DNA from: Mnemiopsis leidyi
Lineage: Eukaryota
Reading direction: 5' to 3'
DNA: 64,000 bases
Assembly (NCBI GenBank): GCA_048537945.1
Contig: CM108484.1
Span: 8,995,785-9,059,784 of the forward strand
The notes beneath the pieces are model-generated. The model was not told the DNA's origin. It saw only the letters and a program-made list of their open reading frames with translations, and did not search any database. The first letter of the stretch is position 1. The number at the start of each line of letters is the position of its first letter. The translations under genes were made by a program, and so were the position numbers. Shown here piece after piece: positions 48,819-61,049 of this stretch.

Positions 48819-49035
48819 AATTAAAGAATCGTCCTCTCCTGTTAAACCACATTGGATACTGCCCAATAAAGTGGATCATGGTTTTCTCCTCCATAGAGCA
48901 GTGAGGATATATCTTAAAAATGCTCTTGGGTTTGTACTTATTAAGGTGGTAGTTCAGCTCACAGTGACCCGTAAGATACTGAGTAGCTGCCCTAAGTTTG
49001 TTTTTGCCAAGATTGGACAGGGACTTGGTGTAGGA

Positions 49036-50012
49036 CTAATGCCATACCATGCGAAAGTGTGGCCACATGTCCTTCCACCTTTCCCTCATCTTTCGGTGAC
49101 TTTGTTGCCTGAGAGTTTTCTTCCACACTGTCCTGGGGACAGGAAGAGTTACACTCTCTGCTTCGTTGTCACCGGATCCTTTCTTGGCAAGTTCATCTGC
49201 TTTTTCGTTTCCCAGATAGCCCTTATGAGCAGGTCTCCACCTTAGTAGGACATTGTTGTCTTTCCCAAGTTTGTGGAGCTCATTTTGTGCTCTCTGAGTT
49301 GTTTTTAATGTTATAATAGTGCTGTCTACCGCTTTGATTGTGGCTTGACTGTCACAGTTGATTATAATTGTGTTATTTTTAGTGCCTCCGTCTATCAACA
49401 GTTTCGCTGCTTGTTCAACGGCATAAGCTTTTGCTTGAAAGACTGTAGAGTGTTCTGCAATATGAAACGCCAATTTGAATTCCACTCCCATTATCAGGAA
49501 TGTATACTCCGGAGCCGACCTTTTCATCCATCTTGGCAGTGGCGTAACGTAGTAGGTCTAGCCAATATGGCGCCCCTCGGCGATGAAAATGCGCCCCTAA
49601 TTGGCGCCCCTGGCGTCAGGGCTTACTTGAAGCAATTTGTGAAAAAATGGCCGAAAAATCTAAATAAATAGTGAAGTTATTAAACCAAACACTCGATTTT
49701 GCTAGTCGCGCAGTTAATCTTGCAAAATTGTCCCATATTTTTAATGACGATTTGGCGCCCCCTGATGACGGCGCCCCCCGGCGTAGCCGGGGTGGCCGGG
49801 GCATCGTTACACCGCTGCATCTTGGAACCATCTGTATAGCACAAGATAGTTTCTGCATTCCGTTCAGGCTCCCTATAGTCATCGAGGACAGGAATTTTTA
49901 TGTTAAGTGTACTTGTTTGTTGATCCTGCTCTCTGTCTGCTAAGTTGACTCCACTCAGAAGCTTTCTGCAAAGCTTTGTATGGGTCGTGAGGTTGCCTTT
50001 CTCGTTTATCAT
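49036..50012 (-). mobile_element. 3' fragment of a non-LTR retrotransposon (LINE) encoding the ORF2 C-terminal RNase H domain, interrupted by a MITE insertion. More decayed ORF2 remnants extend to about 50760.
   Basis: RNase H motifs ...ILCYTDGSK | [insertion] | ...FKLAFHIAEHSTVFQAKAYAVEQAAKLL...IIINCDSQATIKAV...RWRPAHKGYLGNEKADELAKKG are followed by a stop. Frames upstream are broken. Confidence 0.6.
49527..49817 (+). mobile_element. hAT-type MITE (291 bp). TIRs CAGTGGCGTAACG...CGTTACACCGCTG. Perfect 8-bp TSD CATCTTGG. It is inserted inside the LINE RNase H coding region.
   Basis: The TSD lies at 49519-49526 and 49818-49825. A second copy of the same element is at 62393-62671. Confidence 0.75.
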
Positions 50013-50939
50013 TGGCTCAATTCTCTATTGGTTATTCCAGGTTTGGGAAGGTAAATCCCAGTTTAGTTGGTCCAGCATTCGGGGACATGACCACTGATAA
50101 AGCTGGCTCTCGCTTTAGATGCGAATTCCTGCCTTATTTGTGTCAGTCCTTTCTGACCAATGACCATAATTGGTAGAATGCCATCGGGACCAGCAGCTGT
50201 CAGCCCGTCGAACTCTAATAGTGCTCTTTCGACTCTCCTCTTGCCTCTGTGAGAATATGTCGTCAGGATTCCATTTTGGATCGACGGTCACATACTCGCC
50301 AGTTGTGCGGTCAACGAGGGGTGCACTTGGCTGCCTGTGAATGCTGAAGTGCGTGTGATCCATCATAACGTTTAAGGTTTCCTTTTGAGTCTCCGTGAGA
50401 ACTGAGACTTCCATCGGGTTTTCTGACTGAGTTCAGCCGTGTAGTTTTGTTTTCCTTGGCCTTGATTACCGCAGCTATGTCCTTTTGGAGCTGGATCTGG
50501 CTTCCAATTTGACGCAAAATTCTCGGAATTTTACTTTTTTGGTGTACCCGACAAGTCTGTGGCATTCCGCTTGATGCGAGCGGTGTTTCGACCAGTCTTT
50601 GCCTGCTCTGGTTGATCTCGCTTGTCTAAAGCGAAATCGCATGCCGGCTTGTGCATCTCGAACTTGCTTAGTCTCCCATGGCGGGGCTTTGATTTTGTTA
50701 GAAACACATATCTCTGGCGATGCAATGCAGAATTATATGCTTTTATGATGTTGTCAGCCAATTTCTTGGCGGCTTCATCAATATTATAATTTGAAAGGTG
50801 GCATGGCTGATAGTGATGGCAGACGTTTTCACCCTAATGAACGTATCTGTATCAGCTAGCCATTGATTGTTTTGTCAGTTGTTATCATAAAATGTCAGAT
50901 TAGCTGTGATTCTCACTTTATGTAACAACAAAATGATTG

Positions 50940-50998
50940 ACGAGATTATATCCGTCTAACGTTCAGCTTAAGCTGCGTGAGTCGGGTATCACCGCGAC
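50940..50998. repeat. ~60-bp repeat atccgtctaacgtt...cagcttaagctgcgtgagtcgggtatcaccgcgacaac with an inverted partner at 61341-61400
   Basis: Reverse-complement match to 61341-61400, apart from a 13-bp insertion in the partner. Homology ends sharply at ...gcgacaac in both copies. Confidence 0.6.
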
Positions 50999-51126
50999 AA
51001 CAAAATGATAATCACAACATTTACAATAACAACATAAACACAAACTCAACGGGCGATGCGCGTCTAGAATTTCTTCGAAATTCATAGACGGGTGAAAAAC
51101 CTCATTCGAGCGCTAGGAAAGAGACT

Positions 51127-51146
51127 GTACGTGCGCGCGCACGTAC
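51127..51146. repeat. Perfect 20-bp GC-rich palindrome gtacgtgcgcgcgcacgtac
   Basis: Checked base by base. Confidence 0.85.
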
Positions 51147-51296
51147 GCATTTATCACGCAATGTTGCAATAATTACCTTAATGCCAGCAGGCAGCAACTT
51201 CGTGTGAACTGTGATAACTTCCCAGATAACTTGGTTTTAGACAAGAAACAAAATCTTTCCACCGTGTGAATTTAAAAACTGATGAAGATTGTAAAC

Positions 51297-51503
51297 TCAT
51301 ACAATAAAGCTTTTGGTCATATTATCATACTCATAGTCCGTCCAGCAATCTTCATAAGTCAAAATTGAATTTGAAGCGACATAATAATTTAAAACGCAAT
51401 TCAAAACATTAGCAGAGCAGAGAGCCTGTCCTCCGGACGGGTTTCCACACTTACACACCAATAGAAAGATAACAATAACACTCAAAAGCATGCTAACACG
51501 CAA
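51297..51503 (-). CDS. Speculative 68-aa ORF with an N-terminal hydrophobic signal-like segment (MLLSVIVIFLLV) and six cysteines; small secreted cysteine-rich peptide candidate
   Basis: ORF only, in an AT-rich region beside degraded transposon sequence. No similarity was recognised. Confidence 0.15.
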   Translation of the reverse strand: MRVSMLLSVIVIFLLVCKCGNPSGGQALCSANVLNCVLNYYVASNSILTYEDCWTDYEYDNMTKSFIV

Positions 51504-54119
51504 CTGTAATAAATGTGTGCAGTTGCTTCGTTCGATGAAATGGTGATGCTTAATTTAACTATGACCAAAACTAGGTCAAAAGACTGCGCCAAGAAAGGTC
51601 CTTTTTAACCGCTTACTTCGTAAAAAACAAAGCGAAAACAGGTAATTACTCGTCTATTATTCAAATCTTGAAAACTGCTTAACTGCTATTTCACTTAATC
51701 AAGAAAATTCTGGCTTTTCCGTCTCTGAGTTATTTGCTTCTGATTGTTGTAGCGGCTCGGGCTAGATTTGTAGCTCATGCGAAGGTTTTCGGAAGACCAA
51801 GTAGTTTCGAGGGCAGGGATCTGTAAAAAAGAAGTGAGGAGCAGATTTCACTATTGTATTATAACTATAAAAACAAGAAAAGCAGAGACATAATTACAAT
51901 GCTCGAGCACTGGGCATGTTATCTAATTCTATGACACTACTGACGGTCTAACCGTCTTAAACCTACTAGTTTACTTTATATAAGTCTAGTATGAATTGGC
52001 AGATCCATACAGATTCTTAGTTCTTAGTTGTTAGTTGAACTGAATTCTAAAGAATACGCGTTGCTATCTATGCTATGGCAGTAGCCATGCGCAGTTTTGT
52101 TGCGTGTCGATTCGAGCGCTCTCGGATTATACATACCTAAACGCATCTAAACTGCTTGTCTGCCCTTGTTGTGTGGTACAGTAGACAAGGTACTATGTAT
52201 CTACTATGTATCTACTGTACATTGTTTACATCATGAGAGACATTTTATCAGATATCTATGTTGCTGATTTGGATATTTTGAAGGACGCTGGCACTGGATA
52301 TGTTATCATGAATTGGTAAATGGTAATGTGAGGACAGCAATGAAATGCATATCTCATTAAGAAGCAACTTCAGAAAAGATCATGAAACAGCGAATAACTA
52401 AGGGTAATTTGGCGAAGACATTTAAAGAAGGGTTTGAAACGGTTTATTCACATCGTAACACGTTTAAATCGTCAAGAGTTTCTACTGAAAAGCTTAAGTC
52501 TGAGCTGATCGTAGCACAGCGGTCAGTTGTTGAATTGTAGTAGCAGGTACTGGACGCCGAGAAACAGTAACTTCAGAGTCAGGCAGAGAAAGTTCAGAAA
52601 ATGTCTACCGTTGCTGACACTGCGGTCGAAAAGGGAATGCGATCATTCAGGCATTATTCGTCGATTATCGAGGACAATCAAGGATTCAGTACCAGTTTCG
52701 TCAGAGCAAACACCAATAAAAGAAGAAAGTTTGCGAGGGGCAGTTACTGATTTAGATGACAATTCATCGAGAAATTTTGTCTTGTTCGGACTCAGAGAGG
52801 CGTCAGAAGATCTTGACAGTAAGATCACGAGTAAACGTGTTTAATTACCTCGTAAGTAAACTCGTTACTTTAGTTTGATAATATTGAGGAGAAACCGAGT
52901 TTTGAAGCTGTGCGGATCGGGGAGCAGTCATGTCAGACGATAAAGACAGGCCAGTGAAAATCTGCCCCCGCAAATCAGAAACTGTTCACAAAATCTTACA
53001 GACAGCGAAATAGCGTATTGGAAAGTTAATTTTCACTAGACAGATCGCCCGAAGAGCGGATTAAGCATAGACAAATTGTTGCAGAAATGAGGAGATTTTT
53101 ATCATTAATCATAACAGAGGTTTTCTGTTGAAGAAAAGAAATATTACATGAAATAGGCTGGCTGGAGTACTTTAGGGCGATCTTAAGCAAGCAGCGATCT
53201 TAAGATAATAGCACGAGAGTCCCTCAACGTCATTTTGGACAGTCAGTTGAGTTTGAGAAAAATAATATCATTCTTTATTTTGATTTCGGTGAAAGTATTA
53301 AACTTTGATTCATAAATCTTGTTTCCTTAACACACCAAACTTACTGTATGTAGTTGTCTTGAAACTGGGTAGTCTCTAGGTCGGTAACAAGAAATGTAGG
53401 GGTTTCGTTCATTGTTGTGCTCCTTCCTCGAGTCTACAAGCATTAGCAATCAGACTGAATTCTGGAATGAAGATAGCAGTTAGGATAGTCGTCTTAATAT
53501 CCGAGCGTGTTAGTTTAACTTTTAAGACTTCGGACAGTTCAAACAACCTTGCCAACCTTATATATTTTCTAATAGTAAGTGTCACTAGTCAACAGTCCCA
53601 AATCGATATTCGCAGTTCTTTTCCATACCTTGAAAAGCGTCCGTTTGGTCAATCCATCAGGTTGAAGGTCACAGGTTAGATAAAAAAGGCACTTCGCGGA
53701 CGATTCTGTTTCTTTAAGTATTCGGTGATGTCGTGTCCAAAATATCGCAGCCGACCTGCGATTGTTTTGCTAAACTAACTTTCACGAACAACACACTATT
53801 GGTGGAATAACTGTGACTTACCACAACTACGTTGCGAGTTCTACACAGTTTGCTGTATTACAATTAGTAACAGTAATATAATAACGGACATTAGATACGC
53901 AGATATTGTGCGAAAAGTATGCAGATGAACTAAGATTATAGGAGATGCACACATATTTCAGGATCACAATATAACAGGAGTTTGATGGTGATTACATGAA
54001 GAAATAATCAACAAATTACAACAATTCAAAGGCCAAACGTCGAGAAACAAGCTATGATGTAGTCAAAAAATTATTATGTATATTATGATGCACGTAGTAG
54101 TCGCAGTCCATGTGGTAGT

Positions 54120-54372
54120 ATTAGTAGTAGTAGTAGCAGCAGCAACAGCAGGAGGGGGAGGAGGAAGAGGACTGAGAAGGGGTAGGGGGAGGAGGAGGAG
54201 GAGGAGGAGGAGGAGGAGGAGGAGGAGGAGGAGGAGGAGGAGGAGGAGGAGGAGGAGGAGGAGGAGGAGGAGGAGGAGGAGGAGGAGGAGGAGGAGGAGG
54301 AGGAGGAGGAGGAGGAGGAGGAGGAGGAGGAGGAGGAGGAGGAGGAGGAGGAGGAGGAGGAGGAGGAGGAGG
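54120..54372. repeat. Compound trinucleotide microsatellite (AGT)n(AGC)n followed by about 61 pure copies of (GGA)n
   Basis: Read directly. ORFs 54063-54434(-) and 54076-54381(+) (poly-L/poly-R) are artefacts. Confidence 0.95.
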
Positions 54373-57300
54373 ACTAGATGATACGTCAAACCCGTGTACC
54401 GTCTTACGTTAGTTTTGTAGTTTAAAATTCGCAATCGCCTTTCAATCCTGAATATCCTAGATACGCGACAATTACATTTACAAGGACCTTTAATTACATG
54501 GAGTTAAAGTGAAATGAGTGAATTAACATGCGGTAACAAGTTGATAGTGGCAATTGCTATGTTTTAACTTTCAAGTCGCTCTGCACGATATAACATCGTT
54601 GAGGTGGAACTACTAACATGCCCATAAAATGATATGGATAACCTACAGAGTTGCAACAATCTTACTACAATCATGTGTAGAAACGCTAAAGTCAGAATCG
54701 CACGCCAAATTAGTACCTCGCCAATACGCTAAGCTATAACAGCGTATCAGAGCCAACTATCGACAGTCGTAGGCTACATTTTCATTATCATTGTTATTTT
54801 GATAAGTGATTGTCAATGAAATTTACTGATCAGGGGAATATCACAGTATGGTTTTTGAATAACAGTTCTGAAATCCAGTCTGCGCTGGAAAAGAACGTCC
54901 GTGTAAAAGAAATGCGCGGTACTCTTATATTCTGCATTACTAATCACTCTAAATTTGACTAGTAAAATAGTTGAAAATGGGACAGGCCAAACTACAATGG
55001 ACTTTTGACTAGTGAGTGGTGATGGCAGCGAACCGATTAAAGTAACACTCTTGTCTGTCTTACGTTCAGTCTAGAAATGGAAAACAGCGTATCATGCTTG
55101 CATACTGGCGTGGCGCAAGAAACGAACATTTAGTAGAACAGTAAAATAAATACGTTATTTTGGAGGGTCCTTTTCAAAACGGCCGTACATATTTTGTTGA
55201 AACAGTGCATTTTACTCTAGACCTCGATAGTCAGAGAATATATCAGAGTTACTGAGCAGATTCTGGAAAGGAGAATCTGCACTCGCGGTTTGTGCATTTA
55301 ATTAGTAAGGAGCATTTCGTGTCAGCCAATGTTCACCACTGACTACTGGGTAATATTCAGGATGTCGGGTCAGAGTCAGTGTCTTACCCCACTTATTTTA
55401 TCAGTGTCTTACCCAACTAGTTTTGTGTAGGTTGTTTTTTAAACAAGTTATTTAGCGATATTCACATCATACATGAGATTAAGATTTATAGATTAGGAAC
55501 ATTTGAAATCGAATTTTAACGTGAGGAATATTGAGTGATGGCAGTCACTAGTCAGTTCTTAGTATTGCATTTATATCAAGCTCTATTACTCTATTAATAC
55601 ACTGTGACTAACCTGAATTGAGACGCATGTCTCTTGTTCTGCTCTGCTGCTGTGTTACACATTATATTATATCAGGATACAGTTCTTAAATCTGGCGGAT
55701 AAAAAATTTGTGTTATTATCTTAATTCGATAAGAGGGGTTTTTAGGGACATGTTTGGTCAATTAGAGTTTAACTAGGTTTGTGTTTAAAGGTGTTAAGAA
55801 ACGCTAAGATACAATTACTAATTAGGATACAGTACACTTTAAGATCATAGTTCGACTTTAATAGAAAATGATCAATTTTCTTGAAACAGTACATTCATCA
55901 CAATTCACATCAATGATCTGACCTTTAGATATACAAATATATAAATGCCTTCTTGCAGGGAGCTAAATATTTGGACTTAACGGAGGCTTATCCTCTTGAT
56001 AATCCCATTTAAACTCACGAACACTACAAAAAGGGATGTTGAAAAGTTTTTTCAGCATGATACAGTCACTAATTGGGATAAAACATTGTAGCCACTGTGA
56101 TAACTTGATACTTATTTATAATTTAAGCGCTTTAACATTTATGGCTCCTCGTGTTTGAGGAGTAATGGAAAATTTAATAACAAAATCACATATAAACTGA
56201 ATGCCTTAATCAAAATCTAGGATATAAATTAGTATTACCTTTAAATAGAAGTTAGCACTCGACATTAAGTTCACTGTAGAATTCAAGAATCAGACCAAAT
56301 CTGGACAAAATGATATCCTGCAAGTGGGATACTTATTGTAAATTGACTTAAAATTTATATTAAATGTAAATGTATTTAATACAATAATACATTACACAGT
56401 TTCATAATTCATTGAATGTACATTGTAATGTACATTTACATTGAGTATATGTACATTTAGTGTACTATGTGTACACAATGTCAACTGTACAATATATAAC
56501 AATAAGTGAACTCTAATTTACCATTGATTGCACAATATGAAATGCATGTTGGGTCTATAATAAAATTATGATAAGTGGATGACTGTACCACGTGGCTTAT
56601 GTCAAAAAGATTATTTACTTTTGAGAAACGCTATTATAATCACGGTAGAAAACAGAATAAAACTATCATTACAGCGACGCCACTCACCATGCGTACAATT
56701 GCTTGGCTGGGCAATTTAGTTCGAGTTTCGTAGTGTTTAACAAACTATACTGACAACTCGATACGCCATCAGTCTTGGTTCAATGTTTAAGAGACAATGT
56801 AACAGCATCCATTTCACGTATTCATCTCATCCTTTTCCTAAAATTTTAATTTACAAATATAGACCACAGTTTCTAGTTTCAACTATACATAACTTTCTAA
56901 CTTTGAAATATTAGTAAACGTTTATTAACATTTTTGACAAAATAAACTCTTAGTATACATTACATGTTCATTGCACATTGTGGATTAATGCCTTGGATTA
57001 ATGTCTTGATTTGACAATCGTAACTTGAAATAAAAAGTTTTCCAAATTTCTTTTAAATACTAGCAGAACACAAATTATAGTTTCTGATAGTGATCAGATA
57101 GATTTTAAAACAGTTTTATAACCTAAAAACATTCTCTGATTACCAAGGTTGAGTGGCTAGAACCGTCTCAGCAAAATCTGTAGGGCCGTTTGGGAATTAG
57201 GGCCCTCAAGACATAGGACCCGTTTTATAATCTCAAAATATTCTCAGATTAAACTTCATACTGACGCAGGGTTGACGGTTAGCGCATTCTTCTATTAAAC

Positions 57301-58739
57301 ATATCTTTGAGATAGTATAGAGTCTGTAGCATTCACAGTGCAGATTTGTAAGCAAGAAAAGAGATGTTGAAAGTCGCTCGATTCTCGATTTTGAGCCAAT
57401 AGAGCCTATAAAAGTTGTCATTTCGATGATAAAATTTCAAAATTTTGGTGAAAACAAGTGAACTTGGTGACAACTCGCTTAAAATTAAGATTGACAGCCA
57501 TATATATTGTATAAGCTGGCTAGTAACAGGCTATAAGCCGTTGTGGCCTTTAGGACAGAACCATTAAGCAACAATCATTCTGGATCAGCTCTGAGCAGAC
57601 AGAATATAACCAGAAGAAGAGCGAAAGTTGTGGTAGTTGTTCTATTTCTAATAGGCGAACTTATAGATGAAATAATTTAATGATCATGGAAAACATGTTG
57701 GATTTATGTGCATTAATGTGCAATAATCAGTTTAGCGAATCTTCAAATACTGCACGTAGCTTTATAGAGAGACAAGAAGTGTTACCAAACAAATGTGCCT
57801 AAGAGCTATTCAAAGCAAAATCAAGATAGTGTTCTATCCAGAAAGTCGGTAAAAAGTTTGAGAATCGCACATTAGAGGTTCAGCCATCCGACAACATGCT
57901 AACTAGCAAAGGCGAAACTGTGATTCAGGGAAACAAGGTTCGCCGTTCGAGTGACGGGATAAAATCTTAACATGTAGGTGCAGTGAAGAGGTTCAGGGAG
58001 GGAAAATTGAAAATGGACTAAGACATTATTGTTGGGATAACTAACTTACTAACCACAACTACGCTGCGAAATCGGGATCAAGTCAATTTGCAGTAATATG
58101 TAATTTGCAAAAAGGGCAAAATTTGCAAAAACGAAGTGCAAAAAACAGCGAAGAATTGGGCCTATCATTTGTGCACATGCATTTTCAGCAAAGACTGAGG
58201 TAAATTAGCGAGCAGGAGTTTAATCATGTAAAATAGTGGAAAGATACAAAAAGCTATTTAAAGAGTAGGGTCATTAGTTGAGTTGACAAGATTCTGTAAT
58301 ATTCAAACTTATATCAAAGGCGGTTTTTCGGCCAGTAAATTAAACAATTGTACTTGCCTCCGGCCAAACATACCATGAGTGATAAGATGGCATCATGGAC
58401 AACAACCCCAATTGATATGACCCCTATGATAAGACCACACAATGTAAATTGTAAATTTACAAATCTTCTATGAAATTATAATTGGCTTAGTGAAAGCGCG
58501 AAGTTTACCGCTAAAAAGGTGTTTCTAGGAAGACTATCACTAGGAAGACTATCACAGAAAAATTACACTATTTATACAAAATCTATGTGTGTCCCGTTTA
58601 AGTTAAGCAATTTCAAGTTCCAACGAGAAAAGACCTTATACTGCATTTGAGATAAAAGATAATCGATGAAGATTTAGACGTGTCTGGGTTTCATAATGTT
58701 TTCGTGGATCTTAGTTTTGATTTTGTGATGCTAACTGAG

Positions 58740-59640
58740 GAGGAGAATGAACATGCTGTTCAAGTGTACCACGAAACGTCGTCCCTAACGAAAGTTCGGC
58801 GCTCCTTGAGGAAGCGCCATGGCCACCACGCAAAAAAACTTGCCTAGCATGAACACTCTCAGACATGTTGTGAACAACTTCAGTATATTTGGGGGAGTTC
58901 AGGAGATCTTCGATTAAAGAAGATGAGGTCAGGAAGGTTACAACTCTCTATGGATCGTCTCAACTTCTTTCTTTGCGCACAGCGTCAAGTAAAACAGGCT
59001 ATCAAGACAAAAATTGCGTACGATTCTTTGCAAGAAAATTCTGAAGGACGCTTACTAGGTCAAACTCCGAATTGCTTTAAAGAAAGTTAGGGAAAGACAA
59101 GAATTAACTGTTGTGAGAACTTGCTTCAGACAAAAAGCATTTTGTCCAAAGTTTGGTTTAGTGATACATCATGGTTTAACAGTGATGGAATCGCTCAAAA
59201 GAAAATTCAGTACAATTGGATGCAGTTATAGCGCCCCTCAAAAGTCAGCTGACGCAAATAAAAGTAATGGTTTGGGCGGCAGTAAGCTCAAAAGGCGTTA
59301 TTGGACCTTATTTTTTCATAAAAATGTCACATGTCACGGTCAATAAAGAAACATATGGTGATTGTGTGTTGTGGTTTGTCAAGAAATTGAAGGAAAAACG
59401 TTATTTCAAGGTCCACTAGGTTCATGAATGACGGAGCACCGTCACACACGGCCCTAAGAAGTCGAAATCTCATCACACAGCATTTTGGTGAAAGAGCAAT
59501 TAATAAGTTATTTCACTCCCGCAAAGTTTTCGGAATCTGGGACAGTCCCTTCACGTCAATCGCTTCTCTGAAGCGAGCTATAACCTGGCCGAGCTATAAC
59601 ATGGCCAGGATTCAATAAATTGGCATAAGACGTGATTTTT
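58740..59640 (+). pseudogene. Decayed Tc1/mariner-superfamily transposase gene (C-terminal DDE region), split over three frames by frameshifts and stops
   Basis: Conserved blocks appear in different frames: VWFSDTSWFNSDG (first D region), VMVWAAVSSKGVIGPYFF, FMNDGAPSHTA (third DDE residue block) and WPSYNMARI. No intact ORF remains. Confidence 0.6.
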
Positions 59641-59644
59641 CACA

Positions 59645-59715
59645 TTTGACTGTTGCTTGTACGGCAGCGCCCACCCTCCCGACATTCGAATATGAGGGTC
59701 GGACAAAGTTAGACA
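59645..59715. repeat. Single copy of the 24360-24680 foldback repeat family, immediately 3' of the Tc1/mariner pseudogene
   Basis: ttgtacggcagcgcccaccctcccgacattcgaatatgagggtcggacaaagttagacaa matches the 24540-24600 unit in reverse complement. Confidence 0.55.
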
Positions 59716-61049
59716 AACTGTCGCAGTTAAGGACAGATAAAAGAAGTGTATTAAAAATGAGGGATTTTGATCTTAGATAAATATAAATGTTCATTGATTT
59801 CATATAAAACGTTTTATATTATTTGGTTGTAGGTCTATTGATTATGATTTAAACTATTTCAACACTATACAAATTAAATACATTTATTAAGTGTTATGTC
59901 CTGATGATGGTGTTGTTACACAGAAATATATAGCTGCATTGCTATTAAAAATCCTATGCCTATCACTTGAGTCAAGAAGAGAATTGCAAAACCACGTTTA
60001 ACTCAGTTTCTTATGCGACTCATAAACAATTATCCGATCATTCAGTTAAGATTAAGATGCAGTTAAACTTTAAAATCGTCGGAATAAAACGGGACGTAGT
60101 ATAGACCACGGTATTGTATATAATTCACATTTTGGTGGTATTAGGTGCGATAGTATAAATTATAATGCTTACCAGTGCTGGCATCGTAATATCATTTACG
60201 GGTGCAATAAGAGTGGAGTGTGATCATCTACTATAAAACCATATAAAAACGACCACTGTGGTCGTGTGGAAATAGTGAGGAATCCAAGCGAAATGGAAAT
60301 AATCTAAGTTTTGGGTACCCTGTAAAATAGCACAGGTGATAAACAACTGTGATCGTCTGTAAGTGTAGATAAAGACGTGAACACCTTGCAACTTCAGTAA
60401 CATTATTTGAAGGAATCGCCATGAGCCCATAAGAGAACTAGTTACTTGAGATCCAGCAAATTCATATAAAAAAAGTAGAATTCACCGTACAGGATTTACA
60501 ACACGTCGTAAGGGCGGCAAATGGGATTTCTGCAGATTCTTTTAAAATTGAAATAGTGGCTGGGCTAGTACTAGATCTGGTAGCAGAGAGTTCGAAAAAC
60601 ATACCTGTTGGTAAACAGCCTATGAGATCAAATTACTTAAGCGTAGAGTTGAGTAACAAATCGGTTGGAAGTAGAATTAACTATAAGGCAACCGGCAATA
60701 CCATACATCATCAGTGGTCACATATATTCGATTACACATTACGATTAAAATGTTGTTTTTAAACTCTATCGGCCATCCCGGTTCAACGTCCAAGCCAATC
60801 AGCCTAGCAAGATTCAAAATTAGACTATTTCAAATCTGCAGGCGAAGTGCAGACAGTACAAAAACATTCATTATTTAAATAGTGTAACAGGATAGGCTGC
60901 AGTTTTAAACTGTAGTCTGAATGACTGAATCACAAATGAAGCCGGGTCAAGTACAGCTATAACAGCACGATACAAACAGCCACAGGCAACTAAGCACAGC
61001 TACCAGTACCAGTACCACGTTTTAAAACGTGGTCTTGGATAACTCGCTT

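Noticed and set aside
49671-49943. 90-aa ORF similar to ORF 62299-62538 (MKLLNQ...DFASRAVNL.KLSHIF.DDLAPPDDGAP)
   Set aside because: Both lie inside the two copies of a ~285-bp MITE. The similarity reflects the repeat and is not a conserved protein; the frames end at the element boundaries.
54063-54434. poly-Leu and poly-Arg ORFs
   Set aside because: They are translations of a (GGA)n/(TCC)n microsatellite.
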